Shown here piece after piece: positions 30,199 through 38,863 of a stretch of DNA of 64,000 bases. The stretch comes from Tequatrovirus BCH953P4. The DNA is taken from sequence record OZ035789.1, one strand, 5' to 3'. Position 1 is the first letter of the stretch; every line of letters starts with the position of its first letter. Made by a program: the position numbers and the translations under genes. The notes under the pieces are model-generated. The model saw only the letters and a list, made by a program, of their open reading frames with translations, did not search any database and was not told where the DNA came from.

Positions 30199-30592
30199 TT
30201 TTACTAAATATACAGAATATGATGGAAAAGACTATATAAGCACCACACACAGATTGAACTAATACCATTCCAAAGAACCAAATAATATTATCAAACCATG
30301 TCTGTTTTACGTCGAAAGGACGTAAACTTACAGTAATATTATCACCTTTTTCTATTGAAGAATACATCTCTGGCGAAATATATTCGCTAAATCTATAACC
30401 GTCTTTGAGTTCATATACGGCAATAAACGATAAACTAGACCCCTTTCCTTGAGTTCCTGTAAGGGTATTAACTACAGTAACATCATAATCTTTATAATGC
30501 ATATAATCATTAATTGCGTAATAACCATATGCAATTACTATACATAAACAACATATCAATAAATTCAATCTTTTAATTATCAACTGTTTCAT
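30185..30592 (-). CDS. membrane protein (N- and C-terminal TM helices)
   Basis: 135 aa with two hydrophobic segments. Confidence 0.55.
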   Translation of the reverse strand: MKQLIIKRLNLLICCLCIVIAYGYYAINDYMHYKDYDVTVVNTLTGTQGKGSSLSFIAVYELKDGYRFSEYISPEMYSSIEKGDNITVSLRPFDVKQTWFDNIIWFFGMVLVQSVCGAYIVFSIIFCIFSKIEIE

Positions 30593-30647
30593 AATAATCT
30601 CAGTTAAAAGGGCTTAGAACCATTATACCATCCTTGGTATAAAGCGG

Positions 30648-31175
30648 TTATGCGAGTACCGTCTTTAACCGTTCTTCAAATTTCCGAATAGTGTTCTGGC
30701 GTTCAGCTCTTTGCTTTTTGTAAGTTTCAATACGCTCTGAAATGAGAGTGTATCGTTCATTTACTGATTCTTTCATAAAATCAGGAATTTCACGAGAAGC
30801 TTTAATCTCGTCAAATTTATCAATAACAGCTTGCTCTTCAGCAATTAAGTTATCATACATCAAAATATCTTTCTTGATGAACTCAATATCTTCTTGAGTT
30901 ACACGAGATAATTTAGATGCTTTATCCTTTTTGTACTGTTCGTTAGTATCACGAGACCAGTGTAATGTACGATTTTTATTCGTATTCTTGTAAATTTCTA
31001 CAATACCAATCTCATCAATAATAACGATCCAATTCCAACGAGATTTGTAAATTTGCCCTCCGTCAACCGTGATTTCACCTCCGATTGAGATGTCATTAAA
31101 GAACTTGCTTTGTGCTTCAGATTTAAATTTACCATCGTTGTAATTTACCAGGTTGAAAATATCTTTAGCGTTCAT
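30648..31175 (-). CDS. hypothetical protein with C-terminal coiled coil
   Basis: 175 aa from the internal Met MNAKDIF preceded by a GGAGG Shine-Dalgarno; the ORF-track N-extension overlaps a promoter. Confidence 0.55.
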   Translation of the reverse strand: MNAKDIFNLVNYNDGKFKSEAQSKFFNDISIGGEITVDGGQIYKSRWNWIVIIDEIGIVEIYKNTNKNRTLHWSRDTNEQYKKDKASKLSRVTQEDIEFIKKDILMYDNLIAEEQAVIDKFDEIKASREIPDFMKESVNERYTLISERIETYKKQRAERQNTIRKFEERLKTVLA

Positions 31176-31200
31176 TTTGTGTTCCTCCGTAGTTGATAGT

Positions 31201-31234
31201 TGTATAGTACCACAGAGGAACAGTCTTGTAAACA
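31201..31234 (-). promoter_or_regulatory. early-type promoter (-10 TACTATACA, -35 GTTTACA)
   Basis: agttgatagttgtatagtac...tgtaaaca repeat element. Confidence 0.55.
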
Positions 31235-31235
31235 A

Positions 31236-31550
31236 CTAAAAGAAACTTCTTTCACAATTTTTTCCACTGAACCAAGCGCTCACTGCTTTCTTAGTCTCAG
31301 GAGCAGTGTTATCCATAAACCATTCAAAGGCAGCCTTTTTATGATTCTGGAGGGCTTCTCGGGCTTTAATCTGCTCACGGTCTATTAACACTAACATATG
31401 AGCCTTTCTTGTCACCAAGGGCTTCTTATGATTTTTTGAATATTCCCAATCATTTGTCCATCGCATCGTTGTTGCGAATTGAAGTACAGCTTCTTTAATT
31501 TTAGTTTCGTAAATTTCACGAGCCTTTGAGTATAACATCATTACCTCCAT
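31236..31550 (-). CDS. hypothetical protein
   Basis: 104 aa ORF. Confidence 0.5.
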   Translation of the reverse strand: MEVMMLYSKAREIYETKIKEAVLQFATTMRWTNDWEYSKNHKKPLVTRKAHMLVLIDREQIKAREALQNHKKAAFEWFMDNTAPETKKAVSAWFSGKNCERSFF

Positions 31551-31640
31551 TCACCAGTTTAATTCTAGTCATCTTTTTGATTGCAGTCCATATAATCTAT
31601 TTCTGAACTGCCTTTTTGTCTTAGAAGGCCTCTTATGAAT

Positions 31641-32609
31641 TTATTTCAGAAGAGTAACCTCAGCGATTTCTTGCCAACCGTTTTTGTCGGTCATAATAAA
31701 GTCAGCAAGATAAAGAGCAGTACGCAGTGAAACATTACGTAAACGGTTAACATTGACTTTCATCCATGATAATGCTTTATAAGTTTCTTCATCAGAAAGA
31801 CCGCGCTTTTGCATCATGTCGGTTGAAAGAATAACATCTTCAACCCTGACCATAATTTCTTCATTAGTGTGAACACCCAAATCTAAATAAACTGAGCGGG
31901 ACACTAATGCTTGTAAATGTGGAGCAAGTTTAGTACCACGGTCTAATTCGCGGTCAATGTCAACGTTTGTGATAAAAACAATCGTTCCTTTAAATTCAAA
32001 CTCACGCTCAATGCCTTTTTCTTCTAAGTAAGAAGATGCGGTGCTCCAGCAGACTTTACGGGTCTCTCCAGTGTCCAGAGCAGCTTTCAGAAGATTAAGA
32101 ATGTCCATATCAGAGAAAACATCCACATCATCAATCAAAAGGACAGAATTCTCTTCACGATTATTCCAAAGCTGTTCATAAAGACCGATACCAGAGATTT
32201 TACCATTAATGCTTTTATACTCAATGTATCCAATATCATTTGCTTTATTTAAAGCTTTATCTAAAGAATACGTTTTACCAATACCTGCTGCTCCCGAGAT
32301 AATTAATGAACGAATGTTTCCGTTAATAATACCATTCGTCATCATTCCCATAACATTAAATCTTTTATTAATGCGGGTTTTCATATCTTCATACGATTCT
32401 TTAACTTCTTCAACTTTTACACCATCATATGAAATGTCTGATTTGTAAACCCAAACACCGCGACGTTTACCGTCAATTTCAACAAAAACTTTACCATCTC
32501 CTTGTGCATCTACCGGAGCATTATCTGGGAACCATTCGCCTAAGAGCTCAAAAGTTCCAGAGATTTCTTTACCGAAGTAGATACCCTTATTGATAGTTAC
32601 AGTTTTCAT
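31641..32609 (-). CDS. AAA+ / P-loop ATPase
   Basis: 322 aa; Walker A SGAAGIGKTY and Walker B VLLIDDVD. Confidence 0.7.
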   Translation of the reverse strand: MKTVTINKGIYFGKEISGTFELLGEWFPDNAPVDAQGDGKVFVEIDGKRRGVWVYKSDISYDGVKVEEVKESYEDMKTRINKRFNVMGMMTNGIINGNIRSLIISGAAGIGKTYSLDKALNKANDIGYIEYKSINGKISGIGLYEQLWNNREENSVLLIDDVDVFSDMDILNLLKAALDTGETRKVCWSTASSYLEEKGIEREFEFKGTIVFITNVDIDRELDRGTKLAPHLQALVSRSVYLDLGVHTNEEIMVRVEDVILSTDMMQKRGLSDEETYKALSWMKVNVNRLRNVSLRTALYLADFIMTDKNGWQEIAEVTLLK

Positions 32610-32666
32610 TTTATTCTCCTTTGATTTGATAGGACTACTATAACATAGTCCTATCAGTTTGTATAC

Positions 32667-32867
32667 TTATTTTGACATTTCTTCGATGTCACGACGATAC
32701 CCGTCACGAACTTCACGAAGAGCTTCAAGGCCACACATAGGCTCGATACCTGTAATGTGAACTTGATTAATCTGATACTCTACATCTTCTAACTGAGCGA
32801 AAACATAACGACGTTCAGCTGCACAACCAGATTTAGCTTTACCGAAACGTTTATTCAAAGTAGTCAT
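32667..32867 (-). CDS. small hypothetical protein
   Basis: 66 aa ORF downstream of an early promoter. Confidence 0.45.
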   Translation of the reverse strand: MTTLNKRFGKAKSGCAAERRYVFAQLEDVEYQINQVHITGIEPMCGLEALREVRDGYRRDIEEMSK

Positions 32868-32902
32868 TTTGTATCTCCAATTTACTCATTTGTTTTGATA
32901 GG

Positions 32903-32936
32903 TCTATAGTATCAACAACTACAGACCATGTAAACC
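32903..32936 (-). promoter_or_regulatory. early-type promoter
   Basis: tctatagta ... tgtaaacc with AT-rich upstream element. Confidence 0.5.
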
Positions 32937-32966
32937 GTTTTGTGAAAAATTTTTGAAATAAAAAAA

Positions 32967-32984
32967 GGGAGCCCGAAGGCTCCC
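32967..32984 (-). terminator. hairpin GGGAGCC-UUCG-GGCUCCC immediately after the nucleotidyltransferase-like gene
   Basis: 7-bp GC stem with UUCG loop. Confidence 0.6.
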
Positions 32985-32986
32985 TA

Positions 32987-34000
32987 TCATTTATAATAAC
33001 TTCGATGGTTTTCAAGATAGACCTTCTCAAGGAAGTCATCCCAAAAACCCATGTCCACTTTTTGCTGCATACCGTTCTTAGAAGCTTCAGTAGATGCTGC
33101 TTCTACTTGATCGACCACATCTTCCAAAAACTCTTGAACGGTTTTAAATGGATGTTTACCCAACTTCACGTCGAGAATAAATGGAGCATCTTGGAGTGGA
33201 TAAACCAAGTCACCAGTTTTGTAAATTTCCAATAGTTGAAGTCCACCACGACAGGCATGGCTCAGAGCTTTCCAGTCAATGCCTTCGTTGGCTTCGGCCT
33301 TACGAGCGCGTTCACCGTATTCAGCATCTAATTTGTTCAGTGACTGCTTAAGCTCAATAAGAGAAAGCGTTGTCTGATATTTACGACCCAACACAGTGTA
33401 GAACGTTTGTGGGCCTGTTTTCTCATGATTATGGAACACCCATTCACAGAATTCGTTTTCTGGAAGACGATGCTTAATATCTTCAACTTTAGTACGACGC
33501 TGCTTAATGGAACCGTCTTCTTGGTAATCAACCCATTGCTCAGGGATTTGATTAACTACTTTCAATACATCACGTAATGCTGCCAAACGAGAACCCTTGA
33601 CACCGTATTTAGAAGCTTGCTTACGGACATATCCTAAATATGATTTCATGTTAGTCGTATAAAAACGAGAACGGTTGTCTTGAATAAACTTCCACACATC
33701 AGGCAAATCAGATTTAACCACTAGTTCAGGTGGAGTGTGAAGCATATCCAATGCTACGGTTTCACCATCTGCTGCTAATTTAAAGAAATATTTAAGACTG
33801 TATAGTTCATGGTCAATATCATCTTTAGTGTTTTTAGATGATGTATTGTTAGTGTTTTTACTCATATGTTCTTTAACATTTCCGATAAGAATATCGCGAG
33901 CAGGAGGAACAAAGATTTCTTTAAAATCTACATCAGATTCTGGGGTAGAAGTTCCATAAAGATGACTACCAAAATAGCTTTTCATTACTGTTTTCATCAT
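32987..34000 (-). CDS. nucleotidyltransferase-fold protein (Pol-beta superfamily GS...DxD motif at the N-terminus) with an uncharacterised C-terminal domain
   Basis: 337 aa; FGSHLYGTSTPESDVDF fits the hG[GS]x(9-13)Dh[DE]h pattern; last gene of a four-gene operon. Confidence 0.6.
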   Translation of the reverse strand: MMKTVMKSYFGSHLYGTSTPESDVDFKEIFVPPARDILIGNVKEHMSKNTNNTSSKNTKDDIDHELYSLKYFFKLAADGETVALDMLHTPPELVVKSDLPDVWKFIQDNRSRFYTTNMKSYLGYVRKQASKYGVKGSRLAALRDVLKVVNQIPEQWVDYQEDGSIKQRRTKVEDIKHRLPENEFCEWVFHNHEKTGPQTFYTVLGRKYQTTLSLIELKQSLNKLDAEYGERARKAEANEGIDWKALSHACRGGLQLLEIYKTGDLVYPLQDAPFILDVKLGKHPFKTVQEFLEDVVDQVEAASTEASKNGMQQKVDMGFWDDFLEKVYLENHRSYYK

Positions 34001-34458
34001 TCAGCCTTATATTCAATAACAGGACATACTTTAGCTTTACGAGCTTTTAAAAATTCGACGATAATAGATTTCTTGGGTTGAATAGGAGGTAAACCTTTAT
34101 ACGCCCTATCAATATTTTCTACGTGTAAAGCATAATCCTTTTTCCATTTATAATCTTTATATTTTTCACGCAAATGTGCAGGAATAACAAATGAACCGAT
34201 AATAAGTAAAACAACCAAAAGCGCAAGTATAAATGCTGATGGAAGCAAAGTCCATAAACTACCAAAAATAAGCCAACGTTGTAGGCTTTCTGCACAAATA
34301 ATTGTTAGCCCTACGAGTATAGCACATCCAAAAATAGAAACGAAAAATGTAGGAATGGCAATAGACCAAAAATATGCGCATAGTGTCTTAGGTCGTTGCC
34401 ATTCATCGTTAAACAATTTGAATAATTTATAGTGCCAAGAGTTTTCATTAATAATCAT
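33997..34458 (-). CDS. multi-pass membrane protein
   Basis: 153 aa with about four hydrophobic helices; 4-bp overlap with the downstream nucleotidyltransferase-like gene. Confidence 0.6.
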   Translation of the reverse strand: MIINENSWHYKLFKLFNDEWQRPKTLCAYFWSIAIPTFFVSIFGCAILVGLTIICAESLQRWLIFGSLWTLLPSAFILALLVVLLIIGSFVIPAHLREKYKDYKWKKDYALHVENIDRAYKGLPPIQPKKSIIVEFLKARKAKVCPVIEYKAE

Positions 34459-34460
34459 AA

Positions 34461-34982
34461 TTATCCTTTCATTGAAGGCGTAACAGTTGTTAAATACTTA
34501 ATCATAGCTTCAGCTTCTGATTTTGATAATGAAATTTCTCCATTGTTTTGACGAATAGAAATAAAATCCGGATGACGGTCACCACCAGCTTTTAAAACAC
34601 ACATATAAGTATCAACTTCATCTTCAATATTTGAAATGATTGAAGCAGTTCCACATGAATGCGGTTTTTGATAAATCAATGCAGCTTTTCTTCCGCCATT
34701 TGACTGTTCATAAACTTTTAATACATCAAACAAATCACTTCTTTTATCAATAGCTAAAATGTTATTTTCATCTTCAATGTTAAATCCTTCGGATACTTCA
34801 TAAAGTGTCACCCATAAATCGCCAATATCAATAACAGCGTTCACCTTTCCATGACTTTCAAGAGCATGACAAATTTTCTTGATTTCGTCATAACTCATTT
34901 TAATAATATCATCTCCTTGACTAAGAAAGATGTCATTTTTAAATTCAACACGAATTAAACCGCTTCCACTTGAAATAAACAT
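34461..34982 (-). CDS. hypothetical protein, tandem paralog A
   Basis: 173 aa; C-terminus EAEAMIKYLTTVTPSMKG resembles the C-terminus of the adjacent ORF. Confidence 0.55.
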   Translation of the reverse strand: MFISSGSGLIRVEFKNDIFLSQGDDIIKMSYDEIKKICHALESHGKVNAVIDIGDLWVTLYEVSEGFNIEDENNILAIDKRSDLFDVLKVYEQSNGGRKAALIYQKPHSCGTASIISNIEDEVDTYMCVLKAGGDRHPDFISIRQNNGEISLSKSEAEAMIKYLTTVTPSMKG

Positions 34983-34988
34983 ATTTCC

Positions 34989-35546
34989 TCACTTTGAAAT
35001 CATAGTTGGAATGACAGAATCAAGATAAGTCTTTAGCGCAATAGCTTCGTCTTTGGTAAATGTGACAATATGTGATCGAAAATCGTCAATTTGGCGAATA
35101 GTTAAGACATCTCCCTCTTCATAACATTTTGATACATTTAAAAGAGTTTCATCATTCTGATTGCAAGCGTTAGTAATAATAGCATTGCAATTTTTGAGCC
35201 ATTTTAAACTATGTTTTCTTTCATTAAAATAATAAAAATATTTAATCTTAGCTATAAAACTATCCCAATGGATAACTGATAAACACATTGACTCACTTTT
35301 AATATTAAATCCTGGGCATGAAGAATAAAAATGAATTTTGTGCTCATCATTGATGCTTACTATTTTATCAGTATAAGGATATTCAATTTGGGTTAAATGA
35401 ATGATTTCACTAGGCGTAAAATATAGCATATCGTCTTCTTGCGTCAAACGATACATGTTATTTACTTTTTCTATAGCCAATTCACCAAAAAGCGGACTAA
35501 CTTCTAATACTAATCGTTTCATATTGATTCTCTTCGACTCACTCAC
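34989..35546 (-). CDS. hypothetical protein, tandem paralog B
   Basis: 185 aa; C-terminus DEAIALKTYLDSVIPTMISK. Confidence 0.55.
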   Translation of the reverse strand: MSESKRINMKRLVLEVSPLFGELAIEKVNNMYRLTQEDDMLYFTPSEIIHLTQIEYPYTDKIVSINDEHKIHFYSSCPGFNIKSESMCLSVIHWDSFIAKIKYFYYFNERKHSLKWLKNCNAIITNACNQNDETLLNVSKCYEEGDVLTIRQIDDFRSHIVTFTKDEAIALKTYLDSVIPTMISK

Positions 35547-35876
35547 AATTACATACTCCTTTGAATAATATCAATAATGTTGTTCACCAGATTATAAGTA
35601 AACATTGGGTAATTATATTGAATCATCACATACACAACAAACAAAACTTTCATTCTCTTCTCCTTGGCAGTTGACAAGATTACTATACCATAACCTTGCC
35701 AACTTGTAAACCATTAAATGACGTTTTCAATAAAATTCTGAAGCTTTGTGTGAGCATCAACCATGATTTTCATTTCTTCTTTGGCGAAAGCTATACCTCT
35801 TTCCCGAGAAGAACACTCATAGTCAGAAACTGCATTAGCATATTCTTCAATTAGCTTCATTAAAAACATCTGCTTT

Positions 35877-36071
35877 TCAGTTTTCATTATTCCACCTAAT
35901 CATTTCAAGATATTGAACTAACTTAGCTTTAGATTTGTCCAAATCCTTTTTAGCTGCTTCTATACCGTCGTATGAATATCCTTCACAATGCTCAACTGCT
36001 AATTGATATGAATCTATTTCAATATCATGCGCTAATTTAATGATTTTTTCAAACTGTTCGCGTGTTAGCAT
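35877..36071 (-). CDS. small hypothetical protein
   Basis: 64 aa ORF. Confidence 0.45.
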   Translation of the reverse strand: MLTREQFEKIIKLAHDIEIDSYQLAVEHCEGYSYDGIEAAKKDLDKSKAKLVQYLEMIRWNNEN

Positions 36072-36073
36072 AC

Positions 36074-36313
36074 TTAAACTCTCGTATTATGATCGATAAT
36101 TTCATCAAGAAACATATCTAACGCTTCTAAAGCATTATCCACTTTAGTTTCAAAGTCTTTAATGCCTTTATTCGAAATACCCGATGAATACCAAGCAAAG
36201 TTAATGCGCTCCTCATCTGCTTTACGAATTAAAGCTACCAATTCCTTAATTTTATCAGCTTGTTCGATACTAATCATTATTCCACCACATATGAAAGAGA
36301 GAATATTGCACAC
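36074..36313 (-). CDS. small hypothetical protein
   Basis: 79 aa ORF. Confidence 0.45.
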
Positions 36314-36465
36314 GCCATGTGAGTTGCAACTTCATCACACATATTATAACGTTTCTTAAGAAGTTCTACAAGTTCTTCACTAGTAACTTCATCCATGTCG
36401 ACGAAAAAATCACCATTAATGATGACGTAGATATTTCCTTCTTGATTGAGTGCTTCAATTTTCAT
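36277..36465 (-). CDS. small hypothetical protein (start at internal Met)
   Basis: 62 aa from [10 protein letters not shown] preceded by a GAGGA Shine-Dalgarno; the longer ORF would run into a promoter. Confidence 0.45.
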
Positions 36466-36490
36466 GATGTTCTCCTCTTTATCCGATAGT

Positions 36491-36524
36491 TGTATAGTAT
36501 CACAGCTCAAACGGAAAGTAAACC
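36491..36524 (-). promoter_or_regulatory. early-type promoter
   Basis: gatagttgtatagtatcac ... agtaaacc. Confidence 0.5.
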
Positions 36525-36539
36525 GGTAAAATGAAAAAA

Positions 36540-36555
36540 GTCTCCCGAAGGAGAC
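36540..36555 (-). terminator. hairpin GUCUCC-UUCG-GGAGAC
   Basis: 6-bp stem with UUCG loop. Confidence 0.55.
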
Positions 36556-36560
36556 TAATG

Positions 36561-36947
36561 TTATTCGAGGGAAAGAAGATACTTACTCTGGTAAAACATT
36601 CCAGTAATATCATCTATCGTGCTTTGGATGGCTGGAGGCATTTCTTTATAAATGCTGTTAGATTGGTCTAGTATGCGATCAATCATTTTAATTGTGTCGG
36701 TAGGAAGTTTACTGGCATCTGGAATTGAAGGCGTGTATTTTCTACCAGAATACCCCAAATATTGCTCACCAAATTTATCAATCAAATCTGGCAACTCGGA
36801 GAAAATAAAATCGTATGCTTTGTGTCTAGCATAATTTTTAGTTTCAAAATGTGCAGAATGAAAATAAGCTTGTGCAGCCATTAATAAACCTAAGTATTCA
36901 TCTGCCTTTGAAGGTTTTCCACTTTGTGAAAAGTCGCTGAATTTCAT
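36561..36947 (-). CDS. hypothetical protein (rI.1 position)
   Basis: 128 aa ORF. Confidence 0.5.
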
Positions 36948-37237
36948 TCAGTCTCCAATTTAATGTTCATAATTCTAGCGTATGATTGTGCCATCTCCGC
37001 GCCTCGTTCTATACATTCAAAATCAGAAGAGCACGGGTCATTTTTATAGGTCGTTCTCATAAAACTATAGAATTGTTCAGACGATTCTACGCTTTTATTT
37101 TCAAAAAGCATATAAACGTGTCTAATACCAGATTCCATAAATTTATCAAAATGAGGATCGACATTCGCTTCAATTGGTGGAGATAAAGCAAACGCTAATC
37201 CTAGCATGGCAAATAGTGCCGTTGCTTTTAAGGCCAT
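36944..37237 (-). CDS. rI: lysis inhibition regulator RI (secreted/periplasmic)
   Basis: 97 aa as in T4 RI; N-terminal signal-anchor MALKATALFAMLGLAFA; position next to tk. Confidence 0.75.
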   Translation of the reverse strand: MALKATALFAMLGLAFALSPPIEANVDPHFDKFMESGIRHVYMLFENKSVESSEQFYSFMRTTYKNDPCSSDFECIERGAEMAQSYARIMNIKLETE

Positions 37238-37249
37238 AAAGGCCTCCTA

Positions 37250-37462
37250 TCATTTTTGTCCTGTATTTACTTTATGCCGATGCACGGCCTTAACTTTATC
37301 AAGGTATTTTTCAAAATTTCGCAATCTAGTATAGTCTGCCGGAGATTGGTTGAGTGATACTTCTCGACGCAAAGCTGAAATGATATTTCCAACTTCCCTA
37401 CGAATTTCATCTAATTGAAGAACAGTAAGATTGCGAAGTTGCTTTTCAGTTAATTGTAGCAT
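37250..37462 (-). CDS. small hypothetical protein
   Basis: 70 aa ORF. Confidence 0.45.
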
Positions 37463-37504
37463 ATATACCCCTTTAGTTAGATAAACCTATTTATAACTTT
37501 TGCA

Positions 37505-38086
37505 CTAACCGAGCTTTTTAGTTAATTCATTCCAATGTTTTCTACACAAAGAAACATAAATTTCATCACCAATACAGATTTGATTACCTTCTTTAACGGG
37601 TGTTCCATCTTCCATTAATCGAGCTGTCATAATCGCTTTTTTGCCGCAATGACAAACTGCCTTCAGTTCAATAAGTTTATCTGCAATTGCCAAAAGTTCT
37701 TTAGAACCTTCAAATAATTTTCCGGCGAAATCAGTCCTTAATCCATAAGCCATAACAGGAACATTATATGTATCAACAATTCGGCTCAATTGATGCACCT
37801 GTTCAGTTTTTAAAAACTGGGCTTCATCTACAAATACGCAATGAATATCTTTTTGTGCTTCAGCCCATTTATAGAACTCGAAAATATCCATATCATCTGT
37901 AATAATATTCGCTTCCTGTTTAATTCCAATGCGAGAAACGACTTCACAGACAGAATCACGAGTATCAATAGCAGGCTTAAGAACTAATACACTCATTCCA
38001 CGTTCTTTATAATTATGTGCAGCAGTCAAAAGAGAAGCAGATTTTCCAGCATTCATTGCTGCATAAGTAAAAATTAAACTCGCCAT
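37505..38086 (-). CDS. tk: thymidine kinase
   Basis: 193 aa as in T4 tk; P-loop AAMNAGKS; C-terminal zinc-ribbon cysteines. Confidence 0.9.
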   Translation of the reverse strand: MASLIFTYAAMNAGKSASLLTAAHNYKERGMSVLVLKPAIDTRDSVCEVVSRIGIKQEANIITDDMDIFEFYKWAEAQKDIHCVFVDEAQFLKTEQVHQLSRIVDTYNVPVMAYGLRTDFAGKLFEGSKELLAIADKLIELKAVCHCGKKAIMTARLMEDGTPVKEGNQICIGDEIYVSLCRKHWNELTKKLG

Positions 38087-38095
38087 ATCACCTTC

Positions 38096-38281
38096 TTAAA
38101 GCGTATTCACATAAGCTATTAATTCGTTTTCTTTCTTATCAAACCGATCAGCAAATTCTTCCTGTTGTTCAGGAGATAGCGGGCCGTATTCATCATAAAA
38201 GGTGTTTGCTTCTGTATGCTCATCTAGAAGTTCATGGATAAGCTCAAACAATTTATCTTTTTGTTCTTTACTCAGACTCAT
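38096..38281 (-). CDS. small acidic hypothetical protein
   Basis: 61 aa ORF. Confidence 0.45.
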   Translation of the reverse strand: MSLSKEQKDKLFELIHELLDEHTEANTFYDEYGPLSPEQQEEFADRFDKKENELIAYVNTL

Positions 38282-38447
38282 ATATTAATTTCCAGGAGTT
38301 TTAAAATAATTCGCTTTTGCTTAAATATTTCCACAGTTAAATGATCAGTATCTTTTTGACCAATTCCAATGGCAAAACCTTTATTAACAGCGAGTTCAAT
38401 TAAATTATCAAGTTCACGTAACACTTCATATTGTAACTCAGAACTAT

Positions 38448-38675
38448 TCATTTCGGTTTACCTTCTTTAACGAAATCTGGATAAGGATAAAATCCCGAAT
38501 AAAATCCTTCACCTTTATGATTGATGCATCCTTTATTAGAACAATAGCACCAATAATCGAAATCACAAACCATTTCATCGTTGCATAAAGCAAAAACAAC
38601 CGGCCATTTACACTTTTCACAGTGGGCATTTTTAAGAATACTTGTTTGGCTCATAACCATGTAACCTTTAAGCAA
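38448..38675 (-). CDS. small cysteine-rich protein
   Basis: 75 aa with 8 cysteines (CEKCK...CNDEMVCDFDYWCYCSNKGC). Confidence 0.5.
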   Translation of the reverse strand: MLKGYMVMSQTSILKNAHCEKCKWPVVFALCNDEMVCDFDYWCYCSNKGCINHKGEGFYSGFYPYPDFVKEGKPK

Positions 38676-38863
38676 TATTCTTCTACGTGCTGTTTACGAC
38701 CTTTCTTATCAATAAAGGTATATTCAACGAATGTTCCAATATAGTCTTTATCTACATCATGCGGACTATTAATTGGACATTTAGTACGGCAAATGCGTTC
38801 CCATTGACGAATAATTTCCACTTTGTTTTTAGGATCAAACGGATGCGGGTAATGTACTTTCAT
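38651..38863 (-). CDS. small hypothetical protein
   Basis: 70 aa ORF. Confidence 0.45.
   Translation of the reverse strand: MKVHYPHPFDPKNKVEIIRQWERICRTKCPINSPHDVDKDYIGTFVEYTFIDKKGRKQHVEEYCLKVTWL

Noticed and set aside
32851-33039. 62-aa ORF spanning the terminator and promoter between the nucleotidyltransferase gene and the next operon
   Set aside because: It covers a hairpin terminator and an early promoter and overlaps the nucleotidyltransferase gene start; probably non-coding.
32987-34000. Calling the nucleotidyltransferase-like protein a CBASS-type cGAS/DncV-like cyclase
   Set aside because: The GS...DxD motif is within the first 25 residues, unlike CD-NTases where it lies after an N-terminal helical region, and a second catalytic acidic residue was not confidently located. 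Kept as a generic Pol-beta-fold nucleotidyltransferase.
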